A DNA stretch of 64,000 nt, taken from assembly GCF_000737315.1 (NCBI RefSeq), contig NZ_JMCB01000010.1, positions 186,001-250,000 on the forward strand. Reading direction: 5' to 3'. Shown one piece after another: positions 1-8,970 of the stretch. The notes below the pieces were generated by a model that searched no databases, had not been told where the DNA came from, and was given only the letters and a program-made list of their open reading frames with translations. Position 1 is the first letter of the stretch; the number at the start of each line of letters is the position of its first letter. The DNA comes from Hyalangium minutum. Lineage in GTDB: Bacteria; Myxococcota; Myxococcia; Myxococcales; Myxococcaceae. A program made the translations under genes and the position numbers.

Positions 1-1783
1 GGCGTGCGCCCTGGAGCGCCATCTCCGCCAGGTGGAGACTTCCTCCCGTCCAGAGGAGGAACTCCTGCACTCCCTCCTCCGAGAGCCGCACTCCGTACAT
101 CCTGCGGAGAGACAGCACCTCTTGCTCATCCAGGTCCCCAAGCCTCACTTCATCCGCATGGGGAGAGCGAGGCGTATCTGGCCGACATGCAAGTAAGAGA
201 CGGGCCCCACTGTTTGTGAGGTCTTCCTGCAGGGAAAGAATCGTCATGGGGTTCAGCGCAAGCGTAAGAGGGGGCTGCTCGCCCGGCATCCTCCAAGCAT
301 GAAGCCGATGAAAGTTGCAGATACCCACAACGACCATCGTCTCGGGCAGCCTGCTCCTCCCCTCCTGCTCCACCCGTTTGATACGGGACGCGAAGAACTT
401 CAGAAAGTCATGCGGATCCAGTTCCTGGGGGAGCCGTGAGGGAACATCGAACAGGAAGAACTGCATGGGCACATTGTGTCGCTCCCCGTGCAGCCCAACG
501 CTCCTCAAGAGCGTGGCACTGGCCTGGCCGTGGTAGCCCACCACATGAAGGATGGGCACGTTCGCACTGATGAGGCGGTCGAGAATGACTCGAGCCTCCT
601 TCCGCTCGATGGAGAGCGGAGGAAGCGAGAGTTCCAAGGGTTGTATCGCATCAAGAAGCAGGTGCTGGTGATCCCTTCCCTCCACTGCGCCGCGAGCCAG
701 GAGAATCTCCCAGGTCTTCTCGAACTTCTCGAAGCTCCGCCGGGCCATTCTCCGCAAGAGAGTTCTCGGAAAGTCCCCCTCTGTCTCGCGCCAAGCCTGC
801 GTCACGAGCTGATCAATGACCTGAGCGCCGAAGTGCTGGCGCAGTTCCCAGAAAACCGCTCCCCAGACCTCCCCAAGTTCCGGAATCGTCGAGTCCCGCC
901 GCTGAGCGAACCTCAACCGGTTGTCTAGGTGCCGGAACGGTGTCGGGTAGCCAGGAAGCTCGGCCTCTTTGACGCCAAAACGCGGGTCATTCTTGTAACT
1001 GCACACCAGATAGTCCGCGAGACCGGACTCCACAGCGGCAAGCGTCTCGGTGGTCCCCAGCGACTCGGGCATCAGGACATGATGCGCGTACTGGCGCAGC
1101 AGGGTGTCCTCCAAGAGGAGGCTGCCGTACATCAGCGGAGGCCCAAGCTCACGACGGTCGAACCAGGTGATCTCTGGACTGTCGAACCAGAAGACCCCTG
1201 GATTGTCGGTGGAGCCATGAACCAGGAGCGGTGCAATCCCGCCCTCCAAGATTCCATTCCGGACGAGGTACTTTTGGAAGTCCGCCACGACCTTCCGGAT
1301 CCGCTTGCGCAGGTCCTGCGAGATGGTGTCCTCGAAGATCAGACCGGCGTCTGGGACCTCTGAAGGCTCGTCCGGCGCCTGAGTCCTGATCGGAATCTGC
1401 AGGGTGGGCAGTTCGACAGGGGCGGGCTTGGCTGCGATCTCGATGTCTCGCAGCACCACCGTGTGGACCGTCATCCCATGACGGTTCACGAAGTGGAGGG
1501 TGATCGTTCCTTTCTGGAGCGGATCCTTCGCCGTGAGCAGGAAGGCCGCCGGGCCGTAGCTGCCTCCAAAGCGGTGCAGCACGATGCTCTGGTCCCCCAG
1601 AGGCTCATGCGTAAAGAGCGAGGTATTGATGAGACAGGTGAGCGCCAGTTCCTCCTGTCCGTAGGGCCACCTCTCCGGTGGGTGCCGGTGCTGCAGGTCC
1701 ACCGTGAGGTAGTGACGCTCCCCGGGCCGGGCCGTCCGCGGGTAGGAGACCACCGGCTCGATGGAGATGGGCTCGCTAGCCAT
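1..1783 (-). CDS. Multidomain protein, 3' end runs off the window: conserved N-terminal beta-rich domain + degenerate M4/M36 gluzincin-like domain + degenerate AAA-like/STAND domain
   Basis: Not in the ORF track. I read the minus-strand frame codon by codon from ATG 1783 to position 2 and found no stop (>=594 aa). The start overlaps the CHAT gene stop (1776-1778). Translation includes MASEPISIEPVVSYPRTARPGE, VLHRFGGSYGPAAFLL, DTLLRQYAHHVL, AVESGLADYL, GEVWGAVFWELR, VRLGDLDEQEV and LWTGGSLHL. Confidence 0.85.
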   Translation of the reverse strand, partial: MASEPISIEPVVSYPRTARPGERHYLTVDLQHRHPPERWPYGQEELALTCLINTSLFTHEPLGDQSIVLHRFGGSYGPAAFLLTAKDPLQKGTITLHFVNRHGMTVHTVVLRDIEIAAKPAPVELPTLQIPIRTQAPDEPSEVPDAGLIFEDTISQDLRKRIRKVVADFQKYLVRNGILEGGIAPLLVHGSTDNPGVFWFDSPEITWFDRRELGPPLMYGSLLLEDTLLRQYAHHVLMPESLGTTETLAAVESGLADYLVCSYKNDPRFGVKEAELPGYPTPFRHLDNRLRFAQRRDSTIPELGEVWGAVFWELRQHFGAQVIDQLVTQAWRETEGDFPRTLLRRMARRSFEKFEKTWEILLARGAVEGRDHQHLLLDAIQPLELSLPPLSIERKEARVILDRLISANVPILHVVGYHGQASATLLRSVGLHGERHNVPMQFFLFDVPSRLPQELDPHDFLKFFASRIKRVEQEGRSRLPETMVVVGICNFHRLHAWRMPGEQPPLTLALNPMTILSLQEDLTNSGARLLLACRPDTPRSPHADEVRLGDLDEQEVLSLRRMYGVRLSEEGVQEFLLWTGGSLHLAEMALQGAR

Positions 1784-3377
1784 TCGAGCCTCCCGCAGGC
1801 TCCAGCTTCAGGTAGGCCTCCGGCGTCCCATAGAAGACGTACATGAACTTGTACACGTAGGCTCGCCGAGACGCATTGTCACTCGCGTCCAGCTTCTCGA
1901 AGGCCTCCTTGCGCACCTGGCGCAGCAGTTCTGGAATGCAGACCCCGTCCTTCCCCTTGGCCGCCTCCAGAATGCGCGCGCCGATGGCGGCCGCGATGCT
2001 CTCGTCGATCCGCCCCATCACTCCCAGATACGCACCCGCGAACGTGCCCAGGAACTTCTCCGGCAGACCCGCGATCCCCAGGTCATCCCGCTGCAGCAGA
2101 CCGGAGTGGCACGCGTTGATGAAGGCCAGCGGCCGAGCATGCTGGGGATACATCGGAAGGTTCCGGGCGATCCGCGTGAGCGCAGGCTCGGAAGCATTCG
2201 GATCCGGCTCGCCTTCCTGGAGCTGGCCGTGGCTGGCAACAAACAGCATCGCCAACGGCTTGGACACCTTGCGCAGACCCTTCCCCAACGTCTCGACGTC
2301 ATCGAAGGGCTCATGACATCCCTTCAACGCCTTCAGCTCCTGCTCCGCGTGCTTCAGCTCAGCGGCTGCCACGTAGGACATGGCATGGCCAGACCAATCC
2401 TTGCGTTCCAGCCGCAGCGGGATCTCCTCTCCCTCGATGGCGTCCACCGTCCTCAACCACCGCACCACCTTGATCAGCGCACCGATGGGAATGGGCTCGA
2501 GCGCGAGCGACTGCTCCTTCTGGGAGGGCAGCTCCAGCATCTCCCAGGGCACGCGGGTCTCTGCGCACTCCTGGATGATGAGGGTGACCTCCTTCCGCGC
2601 TTTCACCCGCTCCTCCAGCCATCCCCGCAGCTGTCCGCACGTGCGACGGAAGAAGGTCCTCACGTTGTCGAAGATCTTCTCCGTGTTCGGCTTCCCCAGC
2701 GGGTCCAGCAGGTTCCGAGAGGGCTCTGGCACCACGAGCTTCCCGCTTGAGCCCGCCTTCACGGGGAACCAGTGCAGCCGCAGCTGCTGGTCCGTCGACT
2801 CGATGTGGAGGAAGGCCGTGGCCTCTGGGTCCTTCGGGGCCGTGTCCAGGTCCACCCGGACCTTCTCCCGCAGCTCCTCGGACAGGCTCCACACCGCAGC
2901 CAATTCGGCCGCGACATGGAGCTCGAGCGCCCGCACCTCCTGCGTGCCCAGCGAGCCACGGTGCAGGCTCAGCCGGCCCTGCACACCTGCCGCGCCGGGC
3001 TCCGTCTTCAGCCAGAACTCCCGTGTGGACTGGCGGCTCTCAAGCTCCGAGAGCACAACGCTCGCTGCCTCGCGCTGCACCTGGATGCCCGGTGCGCCAT
3101 CCCACACCAGCGAGAGGGGCTCGGCCTCGGTGAGCTCCACCGCGCCGGCCTCGTCCTGGCCCGCAGGCGACAAGAGCACTCGCACGCTGAACGTGTTTCC
3201 AGGCGCGAGGTGGAAGCGCCCCTTCTCGGGCTCCACCGCCGCGGGCGCTCCCGCAGAGGCCAGCACCACCACCTCCACCCGGGTGCGCACGCCCACGGAC
3301 GCACTGCTCTTCGGCGGCGCCACTGAGACTGCAGGCCGGGAGATGGCGTTCTGGATCAGGCTCATTCCCGTGCTCAT
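1776..3377 (-). CDS. CHAT-domain (caspase-like, HetF family) protease with N-terminal accessory domain
   Basis: True start is likely MSTGMSL at 3377, an ATGA overlap with the upstream stop. CHAT motifs ETRVPWEMLEL, LFVASHG (His), FINACHSG (Cys) and C-terminal YVFYG. Confidence 0.88.
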   Translation of the reverse strand: MSTGMSLIQNAISRPAVSVAPPKSSASVGVRTRVEVVVLASAGAPAAVEPEKGRFHLAPGNTFSVRVLLSPAGQDEAGAVELTEAEPLSLVWDGAPGIQVQREAASVVLSELESRQSTREFWLKTEPGAAGVQGRLSLHRGSLGTQEVRALELHVAAELAAVWSLSEELREKVRVDLDTAPKDPEATAFLHIESTDQQLRLHWFPVKAGSSGKLVVPEPSRNLLDPLGKPNTEKIFDNVRTFFRRTCGQLRGWLEERVKARKEVTLIIQECAETRVPWEMLELPSQKEQSLALEPIPIGALIKVVRWLRTVDAIEGEEIPLRLERKDWSGHAMSYVAAAELKHAEQELKALKGCHEPFDDVETLGKGLRKVSKPLAMLFVASHGQLQEGEPDPNASEPALTRIARNLPMYPQHARPLAFINACHSGLLQRDDLGIAGLPEKFLGTFAGAYLGVMGRIDESIAAAIGARILEAAKGKDGVCIPELLRQVRKEAFEKLDASDNASRRAYVYKFMYVFYGTPEAYLKLEPAGGSNG

Positions 3378-5299
3378 GGGGGCGCGCCTCCCTCCGCCTG
3401 CTCCGGCGGCCCGAAGTCCACCAGCCTCGCGCCCAGGGCATCCGCGAGCTGCACGGGCAGATCCTTCAGGCTCGCCAGCGGCGGCCTCAGCACCACCGCC
3501 GCCACCTGCCGCATCCCTCGCAGCTGCGCGGCGACCCGGAGCGCATCCTCCACACCCTGGCGGCCCACGGGCGGCTGGAGTTCTCCTGTCTGGCTCGCCT
3601 TCAGCGGGATGTTGCCCCGTCCATCTGTGACCACGACGAGCCACGCATGGTGTGCGGCCGCTCGCCCCACGCGAAGCGCACGCCGCAACGTGGCCAAGGC
3701 CAGATCGAGCCCATCCGCCAGCGGCGTGGCCTGCCCCGGCTCGGCCTCCAGGGCGCGAGCCACCGCGGGCACGAGCAGGTTACGCCCCATGACCCTCCGC
3801 GCCCGCAGCTCGCTCTCCTCCTGCGCACTGCCGTCCCCGCGTGCCCCCACCTGGATGACGCAGACCTGGGCCCGCTCCACGTAGGCCTCGGACAGGTACG
3901 GCATGAGCGCCTGCTGCCAGCCCTCCGTCAGGCTCGTGAAGTCCAGGACCAGCGCCAGCAGGTGCTGAGGCACAGTCGCCCGCCGGTACGCGCGCAGGTC
4001 CGAGCGCGTCAGCAGCAGGCCCCTTCGCCGCGAGCGGGACTTCCTCCGGCGGAGACGCTGGTATGGGGCCGCAGCCAGCAGGCTGCTCACGATGGCCAGA
4101 TCCTGCATGTCCCTGGCGGGCTGCACGCCGATGACAGCGCCTCGGCCTGTGGCGCTCACGCCTCCCTGAGCGGAGGGCAGCCGCAGCGGCGCGTGCTCCC
4201 GCTGGATCAGCGTGGTCCGCTCCACCTCCAGCGGAGGAAGCGCGGCGGAGGGCAGGGCCTCCGCGGGAGATACCTGGGCAGGCACCACGGTCACCGAGGG
4301 AAGAGAACTCTCCTCGGGCTCGATGACCGGAGGCGGCTCCAGAAGCGGAGGGACAGCGCCAACGAGCGGCTGCACTTCCTCTCCGCCCGGCAGAGGCGAA
4401 CTCGGGGCACTGGGGAGCTCGGATGGCTTCGGGGCTGGGGCCGCCTCCTCCACGGGCGCTGGGAGCTGCAGCAGCCGCGCGGCCTCCTGGACCTGCGCCG
4501 CTCGAAGCTCCACGGGCAGCCCACGGGCCGTCTCCGCCGCCGCAGCCGTGAGCTGCGCCAGCGCCGACGCCATCCTCCCGAGGGTCAGCAGCCCCCGGTG
4601 GCCTGCACCGGACATGGGAGGAAACCGCTGGAGGATCGCGGCTCGGGCCTCGGCCGTCATCTGGACCTGCACCTGGGCCGCACGTCTCAGCCGCGAGGAC
4701 TTCAGAACGTCCAAGCCCGCCTTCTTCCGAGACGGCTTGCGCGGCTCGGGCTCCAGGGCTCGCAGGAGCACCTCCGTTGCATTCCCCGGCATGGAGGGGG
4801 CGCGGACGCGCAGGGCAAACCGATCGAGCAGGTGTGGCGAGACCTCGCCCACCTCCGCCAGGGCGCAGCCTGCCAGCCAGTAGCATTGCGGCCGGAAGCG
4901 GCGCACCTGCCCCACCCGCTCGACGGAGACGTGCTCCGCGCCCATCCAGCTCACGCACGCACGCAGCGCCGCCAGCGACAGCCGGGCCAGATCTGGGATC
5001 ACCACCAGCCGGGGCGCGGCGGAGTCCAGCAGCCCGGGGCGCCGCCACTCCTTCGGCAGCGAGTCATCCAGCCCCCAGAGATCCTCCTCTGTCGTCCAAG
5101 GCCCCAGCTGCACCTGGCGCGCGCGCACCCCGAGCAGCGCCAGGTTTCCGAGCCACGCCTCCGCCACCTGCTCCAGCAGCGGCGCGGGAGCGTCATAGAG
5201 GACCAGGTTCCCCAGGTCCTCGCGAAGGCTCGCGCACTCGAGCAGCCGCTCAAGCGGTGCCGGGAGCAATCCCGAGGGCCTTGTCGACGAGCGCGTCAT
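3374..5299 (-). CDS. ChlD/BchD-like protein: inactive AAA+ module, Pro-rich linker, C-terminal vWA domain
   Basis: Likely start MTRSST at 5299 after a GAGGTGG RBS. LLDRFALRV motif, no Walker A, Pro/Glu-rich linker, vWA motifs LALVLDFTSL (degenerate DxSxS), TPLADGL and LVVVTDGRGN. Confidence 0.85.
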   Translation of the reverse strand: MTRSSTRPSGLLPAPLERLLECASLREDLGNLVLYDAPAPLLEQVAEAWLGNLALLGVRARQVQLGPWTTEEDLWGLDDSLPKEWRRPGLLDSAAPRLVVIPDLARLSLAALRACVSWMGAEHVSVERVGQVRRFRPQCYWLAGCALAEVGEVSPHLLDRFALRVRAPSMPGNATEVLLRALEPEPRKPSRKKAGLDVLKSSRLRRAAQVQVQMTAEARAAILQRFPPMSGAGHRGLLTLGRMASALAQLTAAAAETARGLPVELRAAQVQEAARLLQLPAPVEEAAPAPKPSELPSAPSSPLPGGEEVQPLVGAVPPLLEPPPVIEPEESSLPSVTVVPAQVSPAEALPSAALPPLEVERTTLIQREHAPLRLPSAQGGVSATGRGAVIGVQPARDMQDLAIVSSLLAAAPYQRLRRRKSRSRRRGLLLTRSDLRAYRRATVPQHLLALVLDFTSLTEGWQQALMPYLSEAYVERAQVCVIQVGARGDGSAQEESELRARRVMGRNLLVPAVARALEAEPGQATPLADGLDLALATLRRALRVGRAAAHHAWLVVVTDGRGNIPLKASQTGELQPPVGRQGVEDALRVAAQLRGMRQVAAVVLRPPLASLKDLPVQLADALGARLVDFGPPEQAEGGAPP

Positions 5300-6242
5300 C
5301 CACCTCGCTCCAAGCGGCGGCTTCCCGCTGCGAACCATGCTTGCGCCGGTGCGCCAGCGCCAGCGGAGCCACCCTCTGGATGTCCTCGGCCGAGACCACG
5401 CTCCGGCCCTCGATTGCCGCCAGTGCCCGTGCCGCTCGGGCCATCACCAGCTCGCCGCGGTGTCCCTCCACGGAGAGCGCCTTGGCCGCGCGGATGCACG
5501 CGTCCGCCAGCGCTCGCGGCAGCTCCACCTTCGGCAGCCGCTCCCGGGCTTGAAGGAGCCGCTTGCGGCAGGTCCCATCCTCCTGCTCCGCCGCGCGCCG
5601 TTGCGCCGCGTCCTCCATGCCCAGCACCCGCTCGAGGATCTGCCCTCGCACCTCCGGCTCCGTCTCCGCCTTCACGGTCACCATCAGCCCGAAGCGGTCC
5701 AGCAGCTGCGGCCGGAGCGTGCCTTCCTCGGGGTTCATCGTGCCCACGAGGACGAACTGGACGTCCTCCGTCTTGTTCAGCCCCTCGCGCTGCACCACCA
5801 GGACTCCCGTGGAGGTGACGTCCAGGATGATGTTGACGATGTGGTCGTCCAACAGGTTGACCTCGTCCACGTAGAGCAGCCCGCCGTGCGACTCCTCCAG
5901 CAGGCCCTTCTGGAAGACGGTCTTCCCATCGATCAGATCCTTGATGCGCCAGCCCCCCACCACCCGATCCTCGGTGGCGTTGATGGGCAGGTTCACCAGG
6001 GGCTGATCCTTCTCCCCCATGGCCATGCGAGCGAAGGCACGGACCGCAGTCGTCTTGCCCGTACCGCGCTCTCCGCTGAGCAGCACGCCGCCCATGCGAG
6101 GCTCCACGAAGCACAGCTCCAGCGCCCGCTTGACCTGGGCCTGCCCGACGATGGCGCTGTACGGCATCTGCGGAGGAGACCGAGGCGGCGCGGACCGAGC
6201 CGCAGCTCGCTTCTTGCCCGCTCTCTGAAACTTGCCCGTCAT
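5250..6242 (-). CDS. ChlI/BchI-like (Mg-chelatase subunit I family) AAA+ ATPase
   Basis: Walker A GERGTGKT, LPINATEDRVVGG, Walker B LYVDEVNLL, GTMNPEEG, QLLDRFGL (Arg finger), GHRGELV. Confidence 0.93.
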   Translation of the reverse strand: MTGKFQRAGKKRAAARSAPPRSPPQMPYSAIVGQAQVKRALELCFVEPRMGGVLLSGERGTGKTTAVRAFARMAMGEKDQPLVNLPINATEDRVVGGWRIKDLIDGKTVFQKGLLEESHGGLLYVDEVNLLDDHIVNIILDVTSTGVLVVQREGLNKTEDVQFVLVGTMNPEEGTLRPQLLDRFGLMVTVKAETEPEVRGQILERVLGMEDAAQRRAAEQEDGTCRKRLLQARERLPKVELPRALADACIRAAKALSVEGHRGELVMARAARALAAIEGRSVVSAEDIQRVAPLALAHRRKHGSQREAAAWSEVDDALVDKALGIAPGTA

Positions 6243-8443
6243 GAGGGTTCCCTCTTCCCCACGATACCCTCCGCCAGACCGGCGAGGGTGCTGAAAGTCG
6301 CCTGGTGGATCCCGAGCCCCCAGAAGAAGGCCGTGATGTGCGCGGTCCAGCCGCCCCAGGTCAGGTCATTGGCCCACAGGGTCATGAGGCCCACCAGCCC
6401 CGCGATGAGCGCCAGGAACACAGAAACCGCCAGCTCGATCTTCCACCGCCACCCGGTGACAGACTGAAGATCCAGCGGCCCCGTGATGGGCCCGATGCCC
6501 CCCGCAGGCGCTCCGATGGCGAACGTGGGCGCGGAGGCCGCGAGCGTCAACAACGTGGGCCGTGCCATTACGGGCTTGGAGCGGTCCCCCGCGGGGGTGA
6601 GCACTTCCTGAAGCCTCTCCCGGACCGTCTCGAAGGTTGCGGTGGCCTCGGTGAGCTTGCCCCCTGGGGCATTGCGCACAACGTCCTGGAGCAAGGGCTC
6701 CAGCTTCTCGAGTTCCGCTTTGAGCGCCTCGCGGTCCTTCGTATTGAGTTCGGGGTCCTCGTCGATGGTCTTCCGATGGCGCGGGAACTCGGCCAGCAGC
6801 GCATGGGCGCCTTCCTCGAGGAACAGCCGGCGCGCCCGCGTGTAGGCCGCGAAGGCCGCGTCCATGTTCACGGCCTGCTCGACCGTGGCCAGTTCGGCTC
6901 GCACCCGCTTGCGCAGCGCCTTCCAGGGGTTCTCCGAAAACCCCAGGGGTGCCTGCTCGGAGAGCTGGGAGTCCAGCTGTCGCACGAGCAGCGGAAGGTA
7001 GGCGCGGCGGGCCCGGTCGTAGGCCTCAAAGGCCTCCCGGGGCTCGTTGGCGACCACATGCCTCAGCGCTGTCTCCAGATGCGGGGTCACCTCCCGCTCC
7101 AGCATCGACCCATCCGGAGAACCATGGCTCACCTGCACCTCGGCCAGCAGCTCCCGGATGGCGGTCTTCAGCTCGCTGCGCACGGCGTCGGCGATCTGCT
7201 GAGGGACCTGCATCAGCTCGCCGCGGGCCTTGCCGAGTTCCTCGGCCTGAGCCTGGGAGTCGAGCAGCCGGCTCTCCGCCACGGAGAGCAACTGGGCAAA
7301 GGTCTCTTGCAAGGTGTAGGGGCGGACCTCACGGACCTGCCGCCGGATCCCCACCCACACGGCCCACAAGTCGCACTTCGCTTGAAGCACGAGTTGGCGC
7401 GTGCCTGCCTCCGCGGCCTTGAGTGAGCCCGCCGCGATCCGCGCGTTCATCCGGTCCGCCTCGTTCAGGACGCCGAGGAGCACCCGTCGCTCCTGGGGCT
7501 CGAGCGGGTCCAAGGCCTGAGCCGCCTGCTCCAGCTCCCGGCGAAGCAGGAGCACACCGTGCTGAAGCTCCAGGCGAGGCTGAACGCGCTGAACGACCCA
7601 GCGCAGAAACATGGACAGGCCGATGCCCAGGCCGATCCAACCGAAGGCCAAGAACCACGGCTCCTTGAGGAACACGCGGACCTCCTGCTCCACCGCCTGC
7701 GAGCCCTCACTGCTGAAGAGCAGCGTCCCCTTGTACTCCCCTGCTCCCGCCAACCCCTTCAGCACGATCCGGGCCTCCGTGGGAGCGCCCTCCTTCAAGG
7801 GGATGTTCTCGGGGCTCTTCACCTCCACGGGCGCCTGGAACTGCAGGGCATCCTTCCGAACCTGGCTCATGCCGACCACGCGGGGCACGACGGTGAGCTC
7901 CGGGCCCGAGGTCAGCTCGAGTGTGGCCGCAACGGAGGCCTCACTGTCCCCCCACAGTGCCGTCGTCCCCTCTACCGGGAGCAGATTCTTCACCACGACG
8001 GGCAGGGGCCGAAGGCCGCGCACCACGGAGAGAGGCACGCGCATGGGCGCGTCTCCATGGATCAGAAAGAGATCTCCCGAGTACGTGCCCGCCGCGGGCA
8101 GCTGCGCCCTCAGCGTCAGCGACACGCTCCCGAACGCCGGCACGGGCACCGCGGTGTCCTGGCCCTTGCCGCCGAGATCCCACTGGACGAACCAGAGCTG
8201 TCCATTGGCGTCCCGGAGCGGAGTGACAACGACCTTCAGCGACTCCACGGCAGCGGTGGTGGTGGACTGAATCCGCAGCACCTGATCCAGCGTGGGCGTC
8301 GCGAGGGGCAGCTTCACGCCCTCGGTGGTGTGCGCACCCAGGATCTCCAAGGTGGGCTTGTCCTCCGGGGCGGACCAGGCCACCCAGGACACCAACCCGA
8401 GTGCCACCAGGCACAGCCCCTTGAGTGAACGCCAAGGCAGCAT
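6239..8443 (-). CDS. Large membrane protein: signal peptide, extracytoplasmic beta-sandwich-like region, TM helix, long helical region, two C-terminal TM helices
   Basis: 734-aa ORF with purine-rich RBS. N-terminal hydrophobic signal; TM segment PWFLAFGWIGLGIGLSMFL; C-terminal LAVSVFLALIAGLVGLMTLW and WTAHITAFFWGLG; ATGA overlap with the ATPase gene. Confidence 0.82.
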   Translation of the reverse strand: MLPWRSLKGLCLVALGLVSWVAWSAPEDKPTLEILGAHTTEGVKLPLATPTLDQVLRIQSTTTAAVESLKVVVTPLRDANGQLWFVQWDLGGKGQDTAVPVPAFGSVSLTLRAQLPAAGTYSGDLFLIHGDAPMRVPLSVVRGLRPLPVVVKNLLPVEGTTALWGDSEASVAATLELTSGPELTVVPRVVGMSQVRKDALQFQAPVEVKSPENIPLKEGAPTEARIVLKGLAGAGEYKGTLLFSSEGSQAVEQEVRVFLKEPWFLAFGWIGLGIGLSMFLRWVVQRVQPRLELQHGVLLLRRELEQAAQALDPLEPQERRVLLGVLNEADRMNARIAAGSLKAAEAGTRQLVLQAKCDLWAVWVGIRRQVREVRPYTLQETFAQLLSVAESRLLDSQAQAEELGKARGELMQVPQQIADAVRSELKTAIRELLAEVQVSHGSPDGSMLEREVTPHLETALRHVVANEPREAFEAYDRARRAYLPLLVRQLDSQLSEQAPLGFSENPWKALRKRVRAELATVEQAVNMDAAFAAYTRARRLFLEEGAHALLAEFPRHRKTIDEDPELNTKDREALKAELEKLEPLLQDVVRNAPGGKLTEATATFETVRERLQEVLTPAGDRSKPVMARPTLLTLAASAPTFAIGAPAGGIGPITGPLDLQSVTGWRWKIELAVSVFLALIAGLVGLMTLWANDLTWGGWTAHITAFFWGLGIHQATFSTLAGLAEGIVGKREPS

Positions 8444-8534
8444 CGCTCCCCTCCCCCCTGGCGCTTACCACAGCGGCCCGTAGCCGCCCCTCCTGATCAC
8501 GCACGGCGCTCAGGACCACCGCATCCATGACCGC

Positions 8535-8594
8535 TTGACTTCCCTCAGCCGGGGCTCTATTTAACCATCAAGTTAATAAACCGGTTGGTTATAT
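8535..8594 (+). promoter_or_regulatory. Sigma70-like promoter with probable ArsR autoregulatory operator
   Basis: TTGACT (8535-8540), 17-bp spacer, TATTTA (8558-8563), followed by AT-rich imperfect palindromes TAACCATCAAGTTA and AAACCGGTTGGTTA directly before the ArsR ATG. Confidence 0.7.
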
Positions 8595-8948
8595 ATGGCC
8601 TCTGCGCAGCTCGATCTCACCTTCTCGGCCCTGGCCGACCCCACGCGGCGGGCGATCCTGGCGCGCCTCTCTCGAGGAGAGGCCTCGGTCCTGGAGCTGG
8701 CGGAGCCGTTCGACATGAGCCTGCCGGCCATCTCCAAGCACCTGAAGGTGCTGGAGCGCGCGGGGCTGATCACACGGGGCCGGGATGCGCAGCGGCGTCC
8801 CTGCCGGCTGCAAGCGGCGCCTCTCAAAGCGGTGGCGGACTGGACGGAGCACTTCCGCCGCGCCTGGGAAGAGAGCTTCGACCGGCTCGACGAGTACCTA
8901 CAAGAGATGCAGGAGGAGGAAGAGGACCATGACGACCAGAAGAAGTGA
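8595..8948 (+). CDS. ArsR/SmtB family transcriptional regulator
   Basis: FSALADPTRRAILARL, SLPAISKHLKVLERAGLI winged HTH. Confidence 0.95.
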   Translation: MASAQLDLTFSALADPTRRAILARLSRGEASVLELAEPFDMSLPAISKHLKVLERAGLITRGRDAQRRPCRLQAAPLKAVADWTEHFRRAWEESFDRLDEYLQEMQEEEEDHDDQKK

Positions 8949-8970
8949 GTCAACGCCCGAGGGAGCTGCC

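Noticed and set aside
4-1846. Short plus-strand ORFs in the first 1.8 kb
   Set aside because: All lie antisense to the continuous minus-strand ORF 1783 to <1, which has recognisable motifs.
3374-6242. Chlorophyll or cobalamin chelatase genes (chlI/chlD, cobS/cobT)
   Set aside because: No large H/N subunit or tetrapyrrole pathway genes; MIDAS is degenerate; neighbours are a protease and unknown proteins. Gene symbols withheld.
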